IMG/VR virus record: IMGVR_UViG_3300047476_001680
Span: 24,751-88,750 of that record
DNA from: a virus
DNA: 64,000 nt
Direction: 5' to 3' (one strand)
Both the position numbers and the translations under genes were made by a program. A model generated the notes under the pieces. That model saw only the letters and a program-made list of their open reading frames with translations. It made no database searches and had not been told where the DNA came from. Every line of letters starts with the position of its first letter. Position 1 is the first letter of the stretch. Positions 56,101-63,753 of the stretch are shown piece after piece.

Positions 56101-56380
56101 TAGTAATGTCAAGGCCCTGTTGGTAGGAGTTGTCCTATCCCCATTGAGCCAGCCGAGGTAGAGCTCGTTGCCGGCGGATTCTTGGGTGCCAGTAAAGTAA
56201 GTGCCGCTCTAGAGCATAAATGATTCAGGCCCTGTGAAAAAGATACAACCTGAACTTCTTGACTTGCAGTATGGTTGTGAGTTAGGAGGTACCGTTGATA
56301 ATGCAAAGGCGAGAGTAGTGGGGGTACCGGTCAACCGCCTCCCAGTGTGTATACACTAGCTCTTCCAACCATAGGCTGTG
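56101..56380 (+). ncRNA. Candidate large structured non-coding RNA (family not recognised)
   Basis: Dense stacked helices containing G-U pairs valid only on the + strand, plus long-range pairing of 56270-56277 with 56366-56373. No credible ORF. Confidence 0.55.
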
Positions 56381-56383
56381 TCC

Positions 56384-56557
56384 GGACTCGTCGGAAGACC
56401 ACGCCAATTTGCCCGTATCGGGCAAATTGTGGCTGAAGGATCTGTCGGAATACCTGAGATGATATAATAGACAAGATGATATATTCTAAATCACTCTGAT
56501 GGAATTAAAAGAAGTTATCGAGCGATAGCGAAGATAACAGACTTGCGTAGCAAGTCT
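56384..56557. other. Palindrome flanked by direct repeats, AT-rich tract and GNA-loop hairpins (origin-like element or 3' domain of the ncRNA)
   Basis: 11-bp perfect hairpin at 56405-56429, direct repeats at 56384-56400 and 56438-56454, two copies of AGATGATATA, and hairpins at 56514-56538 and 56539-56557. Confidence 0.5.
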
Positions 56558-56565
56558 TAGAAGCA

Positions 56566-56787
56566 TTAATAGATAGGTTGTCCAACTTTCTTACTAGCTT
56601 CTAGATTTTCGGATATAAGCTTACCTATGAGTTCACGATCCAGAGGGCTTAATTGATAAGCTTCGGTGTAGGTCACACTGCCTCTCATCCACCAACATAT
56701 TCTCACTATTTCTTCCTTAAGGGCTTTTGCTTGGCGTTCTAGGCTATCAGTGAAGTCCTTGATATCCTCGGCCTGAGTTAACTGCAA
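56566..56787 (-). CDS. gp51-like / tail assembly chaperone C-terminal extension (probably reached by -1 frameshift)
   Basis: Only a TTG start. The frame stays open upstream through the T TTT TTC heptamer of the preceding gene. Contains WWMRGSVTYTEAYQLSPLDRELI. Confidence 0.7.
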   Translation of the reverse strand: MQLTQAEDIKDFTDSLERQAKALKEEIVRICWWMRGSVTYTEAYQLSPLDRELIGKLISENLEASKKVGQPIY

Positions 56788-56792
56788 AAGCC

Positions 56793-57662
56793 TTAACCGA
56801 AAAAAGTGCTATAATCAAACTCAATGGGGGTATCGTAATTGTGACCGCACTCCATACACTGAATTTTCTGATCAGGTGTCTTGCCCTGTTTGGCTAGTTC
56901 TCCCACTAGTTCCTGTACTTCCCTCACAGTGTTCATATCAGCGTTTCTATAGAAGTCCATTATCATTCTGGGATCATCAACTTCCGTTCCGTCGGGCGTG
57001 GTGATGGAATGTGTGCTGCCAGCCAGTACGCTGAGATTCAGATCCACTAATTTTTTTAGATGTTCTTCAGCAATTTTCTTTTTTTGATCATCGTTGAGTG
57101 TGTCATCTTGAAATGCCTGAGCCACTCTCGCTTCACTGAAGTTAGCTAGATTTAATTCGCTCAGACTCTGATAATTTTGTGGTTTAAACAGAAACGTCAA
57201 ATCCCCAATCTGATAGCTCTGGTTGTAGTCTGGTGCCCGGACGCTGTTAATCACACCATAGAGGGGTATGTCATAATTACTTTCTGTCTTGCAGTTGGGG
57301 CAAATTGTGCTGACCTCCATATTTTCACCGTAGCTGGCGATTCTGATGCCCATCAGCACAGTGTCCACATCAACGTTGGGCATCTTCCAGGCATCCTTAA
57401 TACAAGGGCAGCAACTTTCTATGACTTCTACTACAGCGGCACCAGTGAGCAAGGCGTCGGGCATCTTGAGGGTGATTTCGTTCTGCACAGTCATCGGAAA
57501 AATAGGAATTTGCCCATCGGGCGGTATTTCCAAGCTACCCTCAGGCCAATGTTCACCGCCGCTGGGCAATCTTAAATAGACCGCTGCCTGTCTAAAATGA
57601 CTCTTGAGAGGATTGTCCATAACATTGTTTTTAACACCAACCGGGGTTCGAGAATTTGCCAT
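56793..57662 (-). CDS. gp26: Baseplate hub assembly chaperone, gp26-like
   Basis: LRLPSGG, PMT..EI, DVDTVLMGIRIASYGE, CPNC and CMEC zinc pairs, and a C-terminal FF. Confidence 0.8.
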   Translation of the reverse strand: MANSRTPVGVKNNVMDNPLKSHFRQAAVYLRLPSGGEHWPEGSLEIPPDGQIPIFPMTVQNEITLKMPDALLTGAAVVEVIESCCPCIKDAWKMPNVDVDTVLMGIRIASYGENMEVSTICPNCKTESNYDIPLYGVINSVRAPDYNQSYQIGDLTFLFKPQNYQSLSELNLANFSEARVAQAFQDDTLNDDQKKKIAEEHLKKLVDLNLSVLAGSTHSITTPDGTEVDDPRMIMDFYRNADMNTVREVQELVGELAKQGKTPDQKIQCMECGHNYDTPIEFDYSTFFG

Positions 57663-57672
57663 ATTTTGATCC

Positions 57673-57680
57673 AATAAATA
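57673..57680 (+). promoter_or_regulatory. Late promoter AATAAATA upstream of tape measure
   Basis: ATAAATA core in the divergent intergenic region. Confidence 0.6.
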
Positions 57681-57717
57681 AATGAGGAGTATTGTTGAAT
57701 ATCATTTCACTCACTTA

Positions 57718-57725
57718 TATTTAAC
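57718..57725 (-). promoter_or_regulatory. Late promoter GTTAAATA upstream of gp26
   Basis: TAAATA core on the minus strand. Confidence 0.5.
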
Positions 57726-57734
57726 TGTTAAACT

Positions 57735-60086
57735 ATGGATGAAAACGAAAAATGGCGTGAAGCCATAGAAAAAATGGCAGAGAAGCTGGGTGTTTCTGCG
57801 GACGAAGTGGACAAACTGTTCAAGAACCTCAAGGGTCTTAACACCACTATGGCCAAGAGTGCCAAGAAAGAAGACGTAGAAAAATGGTTTAAAAACTTCA
57901 AAGAGGGTCTGGAATCCGGGGAGATGGGGCTGGATGAGGCGTACAGTGCACTAGGCAGACAAGCCAAGGCCATCAAGGAAAACACTGGTCTCACTGACGC
58001 CCAGAAAAAATCCTACATACAGAATATTGTCACACAACAACGTGCCATACAGACACAACAGAGATTGAATGTCACCGGTGAGGCACTGGGTGCATCGTTA
58101 TTGAGTCTGGGTAAACTCTATGTGGACCTCTATTTTATGCAGGCCGAGGCAGTGCTAGATCAGATAGCCACCATTCAGGGCGGTGCCAGCGGCATCAAAA
58201 TTGCGGTCAGTGGTATGAATCGCCAGCTGAGGATAGCAGCTGAAGAAGCAGCAGGACTGGCTAACGTGTTTGGTGGTATGATGAAGACACTAGCCTTCCT
58301 GCCTGGACTAGGCACAGCACTAAGAATTGCAGCACTGGCTATAGGTGGCATAGCAGAATTTTTTGGAATGGTCCAGAAAAAAAATGCTGAACTTCAAGCC
58401 AAGGCCAATGAAGTTATGGCCGAGGGTGCACAGCAACTCTTGGACGGTTATAAAAATATTACCAAATCTGGTGCTAACTTTGCCAGCGGTATTGACGAAC
58501 TAGCAACACAATCGCACCGTGCCGGTCTCACTGTCAAACAGATGAGCGAGGTAGTACAGCAAAATCAAACACTACTGGCCAAGTCAGGTCTGGGTATCAC
58601 TGGCGGCATAAAGAAAATGGCAGATGTTGGTCAGGCAATGACCAAACAACAGCAGGAAAGCCTGCGCAGGTTGGGATTTAACACAGAAGAAATTTACGGC
58701 ATATCTGCGCAGGTCATTGCTGATGCTGGGCGTCTGGGCAAGCAGCTGGATGCCAAGGAAGTGGCGTCACTCACACAAAAGTATGCTCGTGATTTAAAAA
58801 TTATTGCCGACATCACTGGCGAAGATGCCAGAAAGAAAATGGATGAGCAGCGCAAGCAGATGGAAAATTTAGCTTTCCAGGACGAACTACTGCGCACTGC
58901 TAGAACGCTGGGATTAAATGCCAAGGAGACCACAGAGTTCACGGAAAATATGACAGCCAGCCTGTCCAAGAAAGGTCCCTTATTTTCCAGTGCAATGAAT
59001 AGTTTCTTTGCCAATGGTGCCGTGGTGGGTGATGCTGCTGTGGCGCTGAGTCAGAAGAGTGCCGAGTATCAGCGTATGTTCTACGAAGCCGGTGATCTCT
59101 ATAAGAAAGGCAACATAGCACAGGCTGATGCTCTCTACGAACAGATGGCCAAACAGGATCAGGCAATCACAGAACAACAGAGTGCAATGAGTCGTGCTGG
59201 TAATTTATTTGGTGAATTTTCCGGCGCCAACACACTATTGATGCAGGAAAGACAGTTCCAACTAGGGCTTGCGGGGATAGAAAGTAAACAAATAGAAGCG
59301 AACATAGACAAAGCAGAAAAAGGCGCCGGAAAACTTAATGCACAAATAGCTGCCATAGAAACTGCGGCACAGGGGTTAAGAGTTCAATTAGAAACGGGTA
59401 TCGTGGCACAGATGCCCAAGTTTGTGGATAAATTAAATGAAGAATTAAAAAGACAAATATCGGCATTGCAGCATTATACTGGCGCTTTAGAAACTGGGGG
59501 TGGACTTACTCCTAGTACTTTCTTTAAATTCCTTCAAGATGGTTTTGATAGATTGTTTGGATATCTACGAGAAAAACTTGACAAATTATTCCCAAGTATG
59601 TCTATGCCTGGGGGCGGTGCTGTGGGCCCTGCTGCCAATGTCACCAATGTTGAGTCTGGGTCAGCTGTTAACGCCAATGCTGCATTAGCTTCAGCTATAA
59701 TGAAACTCAGTGAGTCCATTGATAAAACCGCCTACGATCGCAAAATTAAAATGGACGACGAATTACTGGACAAGTTTGGTGACAAGTATAATGTGGGTTT
59801 CTTTGAAAAATGGTACGCCAGAGATACTGCTGTCAAGAGAATTAGACGGGGCGAGGGACTTCCTGAAAAAGCAGCTGGCGGTGTAGTCAATGAGCCTAGC
59901 ATTGCTGGCGAGGCAGGACCAGAAGCCGTGGTACCATTACCTAATGGTGGAAAAATACCAGTTAAACTGGACCTCAGTGATATGACCAGTCTACTAGAAA
60001 AACAAACCAGACAAAATGACGAAATTCTAAGATATCTCCGCGACAGCGTGGATGTACAAGAGAGAATTTATAGTGTACAGAGCTAA
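57735..60086 (+). CDS. Tape measure-like protein
   Basis: Long Ala/Gln/Lys-rich helical sequence with a hydrophobic segment and C-terminal AAGGVV..P.IAGEAGPEAVVPL. Adjacent to the chaperone. Confidence 0.75.
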   Translation: MDENEKWREAIEKMAEKLGVSADEVDKLFKNLKGLNTTMAKSAKKEDVEKWFKNFKEGLESGEMGLDEAYSALGRQAKAIKENTGLTDAQKKSYIQNIVTQQRAIQTQQRLNVTGEALGASLLSLGKLYVDLYFMQAEAVLDQIATIQGGASGIKIAVSGMNRQLRIAAEEAAGLANVFGGMMKTLAFLPGLGTALRIAALAIGGIAEFFGMVQKKNAELQAKANEVMAEGAQQLLDGYKNITKSGANFASGIDELATQSHRAGLTVKQMSEVVQQNQTLLAKSGLGITGGIKKMADVGQAMTKQQQESLRRLGFNTEEIYGISAQVIADAGRLGKQLDAKEVASLTQKYARDLKIIADITGEDARKKMDEQRKQMENLAFQDELLRTARTLGLNAKETTEFTENMTASLSKKGPLFSSAMNSFFANGAVVGDAAVALSQKSAEYQRMFYEAGDLYKKGNIAQADALYEQMAKQDQAITEQQSAMSRAGNLFGEFSGANTLLMQERQFQLGLAGIESKQIEANIDKAEKGAGKLNAQIAAIETAAQGLRVQLETGIVAQMPKFVDKLNEELKRQISALQHYTGALETGGGLTPSTFFKFLQDGFDRLFGYLREKLDKLFPSMSMPGGGAVGPAANVTNVESGSAVNANAALASAIMKLSESIDKTAYDRKIKMDDELLDKFGDKYNVGFFEKWYARDTAVKRIRRGEGLPEKAAGGVVNEPSIAGEAGPEAVVPLPNGGKIPVKLDLSDMTSLLEKQTRQNDEILRYLRDSVDVQERIYSVQS

Positions 60087-60091
60087 CGTTC

Positions 60092-60099
60092 GCTAAATA
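60092..60099 (+). promoter_or_regulatory. Late promoter GCTAAATA upstream of portal
   Basis: TAAATA core in a short intergenic gap. Confidence 0.6.
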
Positions 60100-60119
60100 T
60101 ACTACAAAGAGACTGAGCG

Positions 60120-61826
60120 ATGTCCTGGAAAAAATATTTTAGATCTTCCCCTGTTAATTCATCTGGTAGTGTGAGTCCTATATCAGGACCCACACAGAAT
60201 GTATCCTATCGTAACTATCAGAGTCAGTTGCCCGAGGTTTATATTGGGCATCCTAATCGTGTGGAAAGATACAATCAGTACGAAAATATGGATATGGACC
60301 CAGAGATCAACGCTGCTCTGGACATTCTAGCTGAGTTTAGCACACAGAGTTCCAAGGACAATCGTACTCCATTCAAGATAGAATGGCTGGATAACCCCAC
60401 AGATAACGAAATAAAAATTGTCAAGGATCAGCTACATAAGTGGGTTAAACTAAATGATCTGCAGGAACGTGCCTATAAAATATTCAGAAATACATTAAAG
60501 TACGGTGATCAAATCTTTATCCGTGACCCAGAAACATTTAAGTTGTTCTGGGTTGAGATGAGCAAGGTGGTCAAAGTCATTGTCAATGAGAGTGAAGGCA
60601 AAAAGCCCGAGCAGTACGTTATCAAAGACATCGCGCCAAATTTTGAAAACCTAACAGCCACCACTATCGCCGCCACAGACATCAGTGTCAATCACCCGCA
60701 AGTGGGTGGCAGTTCAGGCAGTTATATACAAACACAAGCGCCACACACTGGTGGCACTAGATTCAGCCGTGCAGCCAATGAGGCTGCTGTAAATGCCGAG
60801 CACATAATACACCTTAGCTTGACTGAGGGTCTTGATGCTACTTGGCCCTTTGGTGTAAGCGTGTTGGAAAATGTTTTCAAAGTATTCAAACAAAAAGAAT
60901 TACTTGAAGATGCTATTATTATCTACCGTGTACAACGTGCACCAGAACGTCGTGTCTTTAAGATCGATGTGGGTAATATGCCCAGCCATATGGCTATGGC
61001 CTTTGTGGATCGTGTGAAAAACGAAGTACATCAGCGCCGTATTCCCACACAGACCGGTGGCGGTCAAAATATGATGGATGCTACATATAATCCATTAAGC
61101 ACCAACGAAGACTTTTTCTTCCCACAGACTGCTGATGGCCGTGGGTCCAGCGTAGAAACACTGCCCGGCGGCAGTAACCTAGGTGAAATTACTGACTTAC
61201 ATTACTTTACCAATAAACTATTCCGCGGTCTACGTATTCCAGCTAGCTATTTGCCCACTGGCCTAGATGACGGAACTAGCCAACAAAATACATTCAGTGA
61301 CGGTCGAGTGGGCACTGCCCTGATTCAGGAACTACGCTTCAACCAATACTGCCAGAGACTGCAAAGAAGTATCATCAAGAATCTTGATCAGGAGTTTAAA
61401 ATATTCCTGCGCTGGCGCGGTATTAGTATAGACAGCGCATTGTTTAGTCTAGAGTTCAACGAGCCTCAGAACTTCGCCAGCTACAGACAAACTGAAGTAG
61501 ACACCGCACGTATTAACACTTTTACTCAATTGGAAGCTTTCCCTTATCTAAGCAAACGCTTCTTGATGACCAGATTCCTGGGATTGACCGAAGAAGAGAT
61601 TGCAGAAAACGAAAGAATGTTCAAAGAAGAACAAGGTGATATAGATAGTGCACCCGCTGAACCAGCTGGCTTGAGAAGTGTGGGTATCAGTCCCGGCGGT
61701 ATTAGTGGTGACCTAGACAGTATCGATGCTGCACAAGCTGGGGCCGCAGCCGAGCCCGGCGTTGCTCCAGAAGCAGAAGCTGGTGCTGGGCCAGCTGGAG
61801 GTGCTGCTCCCCCGCCAGCAATATAA
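60120..61826 (+). CDS. gp20: Portal vertex protein gp20
   Basis: LLEDAIIIYRVQRAPERRVFKIDVGNMP, EDFFFP...GRGSSVETLPGG.NLGEI.D and LRIPASYL. Confidence 0.95.
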   Translation: MSWKKYFRSSPVNSSGSVSPISGPTQNVSYRNYQSQLPEVYIGHPNRVERYNQYENMDMDPEINAALDILAEFSTQSSKDNRTPFKIEWLDNPTDNEIKIVKDQLHKWVKLNDLQERAYKIFRNTLKYGDQIFIRDPETFKLFWVEMSKVVKVIVNESEGKKPEQYVIKDIAPNFENLTATTIAATDISVNHPQVGGSSGSYIQTQAPHTGGTRFSRAANEAAVNAEHIIHLSLTEGLDATWPFGVSVLENVFKVFKQKELLEDAIIIYRVQRAPERRVFKIDVGNMPSHMAMAFVDRVKNEVHQRRIPTQTGGGQNMMDATYNPLSTNEDFFFPQTADGRGSSVETLPGGSNLGEITDLHYFTNKLFRGLRIPASYLPTGLDDGTSQQNTFSDGRVGTALIQELRFNQYCQRLQRSIIKNLDQEFKIFLRWRGISIDSALFSLEFNEPQNFASYRQTEVDTARINTFTQLEAFPYLSKRFLMTRFLGLTEEEIAENERMFKEEQGDIDSAPAEPAGLRSVGISPGGISGDLDSIDAAQAGAAAEPGVAPEAEAGAGPAGGAAPPPAI

Positions 61827-61829
61827 ATA
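61822..61829 (+). promoter_or_regulatory. T4-type late promoter TATAAATA
   Basis: Exact T4 late consensus 5 nt before an ATG. Confidence 0.75.
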
Positions 61830-61834
61830 CCATT

Positions 61835-62074
61835 ATGTATATCACTGAATTGTACAACACTGAGCCTAGTTCATATCGTCAAGAAAAAGACGATAATACT
61901 AGCCATCGCATAGAAGATAACAGAAAACGTCAGAGTAAAATTACTTTGAAGAAGCTGCATAATCTTCGTATGATGAACGATGGACGTAAACTTGAGCACG
62001 AAGAAAAGCTCAAAAGTCTTTCCAGTCAATATAAACCACAGGCTTCAGCTGAAGCAGGTGGCCTTTCCATATAA
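61835..62074 (+). CDS. Small head-region protein, 79 aa
   Basis: Follows a TATAAATA late promoter, between portal and protease. Confidence 0.7.
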   Translation: MYITELYNTEPSSYRQEKDDNTSHRIEDNRKRQSKITLKKLHNLRMMNDGRKLEHEEKLKSLSSQYKPQASAEAGGLSI

Positions 62075-62110
62075 TTTTACAATAAATTTTTAATTTTTAT
62101 TGTAAAATTA
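62072..62110. repeat. 15-bp perfect AT-rich inverted repeat
   Basis: TAATTTTACAATAAA-N9-TTTATTGTAAAATTA. Confidence 0.8.
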
Positions 62111-62150
62111 GCCAAAAAACAGCCTAATCTAGTACTTTTTTCCTTGGTTC

Positions 62151-62158
62151 AGTAAATA
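62151..62158 (+). promoter_or_regulatory. Late promoter AGTAAATA upstream of the core protein gene
   Basis: TAAATA core in an intergenic gap. Confidence 0.55.
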
Positions 62159-62200
62159 CACTACTGTTATTGCTTTTTTACCAACAAGGAGACCTAGGTA

Positions 62201-63100
62201 ATGAAAACCAAATACGAACAACTCATTGAGTTCATCATCAATGAGGATGAAGACAAAGCCCGTGCATTATTCCACGAGATCGTTGTAGAAAAGAGTAGAG
62301 AAATCTACGAAAGTCTAATTGACGAAGAAGACCTGGAAGAAGCAATGGGTGGTGATGACGTTGAAGAAATGGTAGACGAAATCACTGATGAAGAAGACGA
62401 GATGCACGAGGAAGAAGAAGTTGATGCTGACGAAGCAGGCGACGATGATTCCGAAGAGTCAGCAATGGATATGGATATGGATGCCGGCGATGACGACGCA
62501 TCTGATGATGGTGACGCAGCCACCAAGTCAGACATTATGGACATCAAGGACGAGCTAGAAGCCATTGCTGATAAATTTGATCAGCTAATGGGTATGGACA
62601 GCGACGAGGAAGATATGTCCGCTGATATGGGCGACGATATGGCTGGTGACGATATGGGTATGGATATGGGCGACGAAGGATCTGAAGAGATGCCTGAAGA
62701 AAGCCTGTATATGGAAGGCAAAGGCGAGCGTCGTTTGACTGAAGCTGAATGGCTCCGTGAATATATGGAAAAAGTTGGTCACGACTGGGAAAGCACCACC
62801 GCGGGCAACGAAGGCCACGAAGTTGGCGCTGGTAAGTCCGCCAAGGTTAACACCAAGAGCACCGTTGCTGGCAAGAACGATATGGGCGGCAAGGCTCCCA
62901 AAATGGGCAGTCACACCGAACCAGGCGGCGACAGCACACCCAGTGCAGATCCTAAAGGTTTACTAACCAAGGGTGGTGATATGAAAACCAAGGGTGAGTT
63001 CACTAATAAAGTTGGCGGAATGAAAAAGTCTACCAATCAGATGAAACCACAACACGGTGAAAACAAGCCAGCAGCTGGTGACAGCATTTTAGGTAAGTAA
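62201..63100 (+). CDS. Acidic prohead core / internal scaffold-like protein
   Basis: AGGAG RBS, Asp/Glu/Met-rich N-terminal part, basic Gly-rich C-terminal part, and L/I-x-E sites typical of gp21 substrates. Confidence 0.7.
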   Translation: MKTKYEQLIEFIINEDEDKARALFHEIVVEKSREIYESLIDEEDLEEAMGGDDVEEMVDEITDEEDEMHEEEEVDADEAGDDDSEESAMDMDMDAGDDDASDDGDAATKSDIMDIKDELEAIADKFDQLMGMDSDEEDMSADMGDDMAGDDMGMDMGDEGSEEMPEESLYMEGKGERRLTEAEWLREYMEKVGHDWESTTAGNEGHEVGAGKSAKVNTKSTVAGKNDMGGKAPKMGSHTEPGGDSTPSADPKGLLTKGGDMKTKGEFTNKVGGMKKSTNQMKPQHGENKPAAGDSILGK

Positions 63101-63103
63101 TTA

Positions 63104-63739
63104 ATGAGCATATTAAGAGAACATCTTACATTCGACTCTGCCAAGATGGAAGTCCTGGCAGAGTCCAATGCTGACGGTAAAGAAAAGAGTCTCTATATGC
63201 AGGGTATTTTTATTCAGGGAGGCGTCAAAAATGCCAACCAGAGAGTTTACCCAGTGCTTGAAATCGGCAAAGCTGTTGACAATATTAACAACACTATTCG
63301 TGATGGTTATAGCGTTCTAGGCGAACTAGACCACCCCGAAGATTTAAAAATTAACCTGGATCGTGTTTGTCATATGATAACAAATATGTGGATGGACGGT
63401 CCCAATGGTTATGGTAAATTGAAAATATTACCAACTCCTATGGGTCAACTAGTGAAAACTATGCTTGAGTCTGGAGTAAAACTCGGTGTATCGAGCAGAG
63501 GTAGCGGTAACGTTAACGAAAGTTCGGGACACGTCAGTGACTTTGATATCGTCACTGTTGACATTGTAGCCCAGCCTAGTGCTCCCAATGCATATCCCAA
63601 GGCAGTCTATGAAGGCCTAATGAATATGCGTCACGGTCACAAGGTACTCGAGATAGCTAAAGATGCTGGGGCAAATCAAAAAGTACAGAAGTATTTGCGT
63701 GAGGAAGTAACACGCCTCATCAAAGACTTAAAAATTTAA
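63104..63739 (+). CDS. gp21: Prohead protease gp21
   Basis: GIFIQ, NANQRVYP, LGELDHP, ILPTPMG, GVSSRGSG and DIVAQPSAPNA. Confidence 0.95.
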   Translation: MSILREHLTFDSAKMEVLAESNADGKEKSLYMQGIFIQGGVKNANQRVYPVLEIGKAVDNINNTIRDGYSVLGELDHPEDLKINLDRVCHMITNMWMDGPNGYGKLKILPTPMGQLVKTMLESGVKLGVSSRGSGNVNESSGHVSDFDIVTVDIVAQPSAPNAYPKAVYEGLMNMRHGHKVLEIAKDAGANQKVQKYLREEVTRLIKDLKI

Positions 63740-63753
63740 GGAGAAGGATCCAT

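Noticed and set aside
56140-56186. GAGCC...GGATTC stem as group II intron domain V
   Set aside because: It has an AGC near the base, but the bulge geometry and loop do not match, and no GUGYG 5' end, domain VI or interrupted gene is visible. A permuted or degenerate relative is not fully excluded without a covariance search.
56109-56306. 65-aa minus-strand ORF in the structured gap
   Set aside because: It has no RBS or late promoter and an unprotein-like composition. The region is better explained by base-paired structure.
56096-56565. tRNA, tmRNA, RNase P RNA, group I intron or retron msr-msd
   Set aside because: There is no cloverleaf or TTCGA T-loop, no GAGGAAAGTCC, no P7 core motifs, and no reverse transcriptase in the window.
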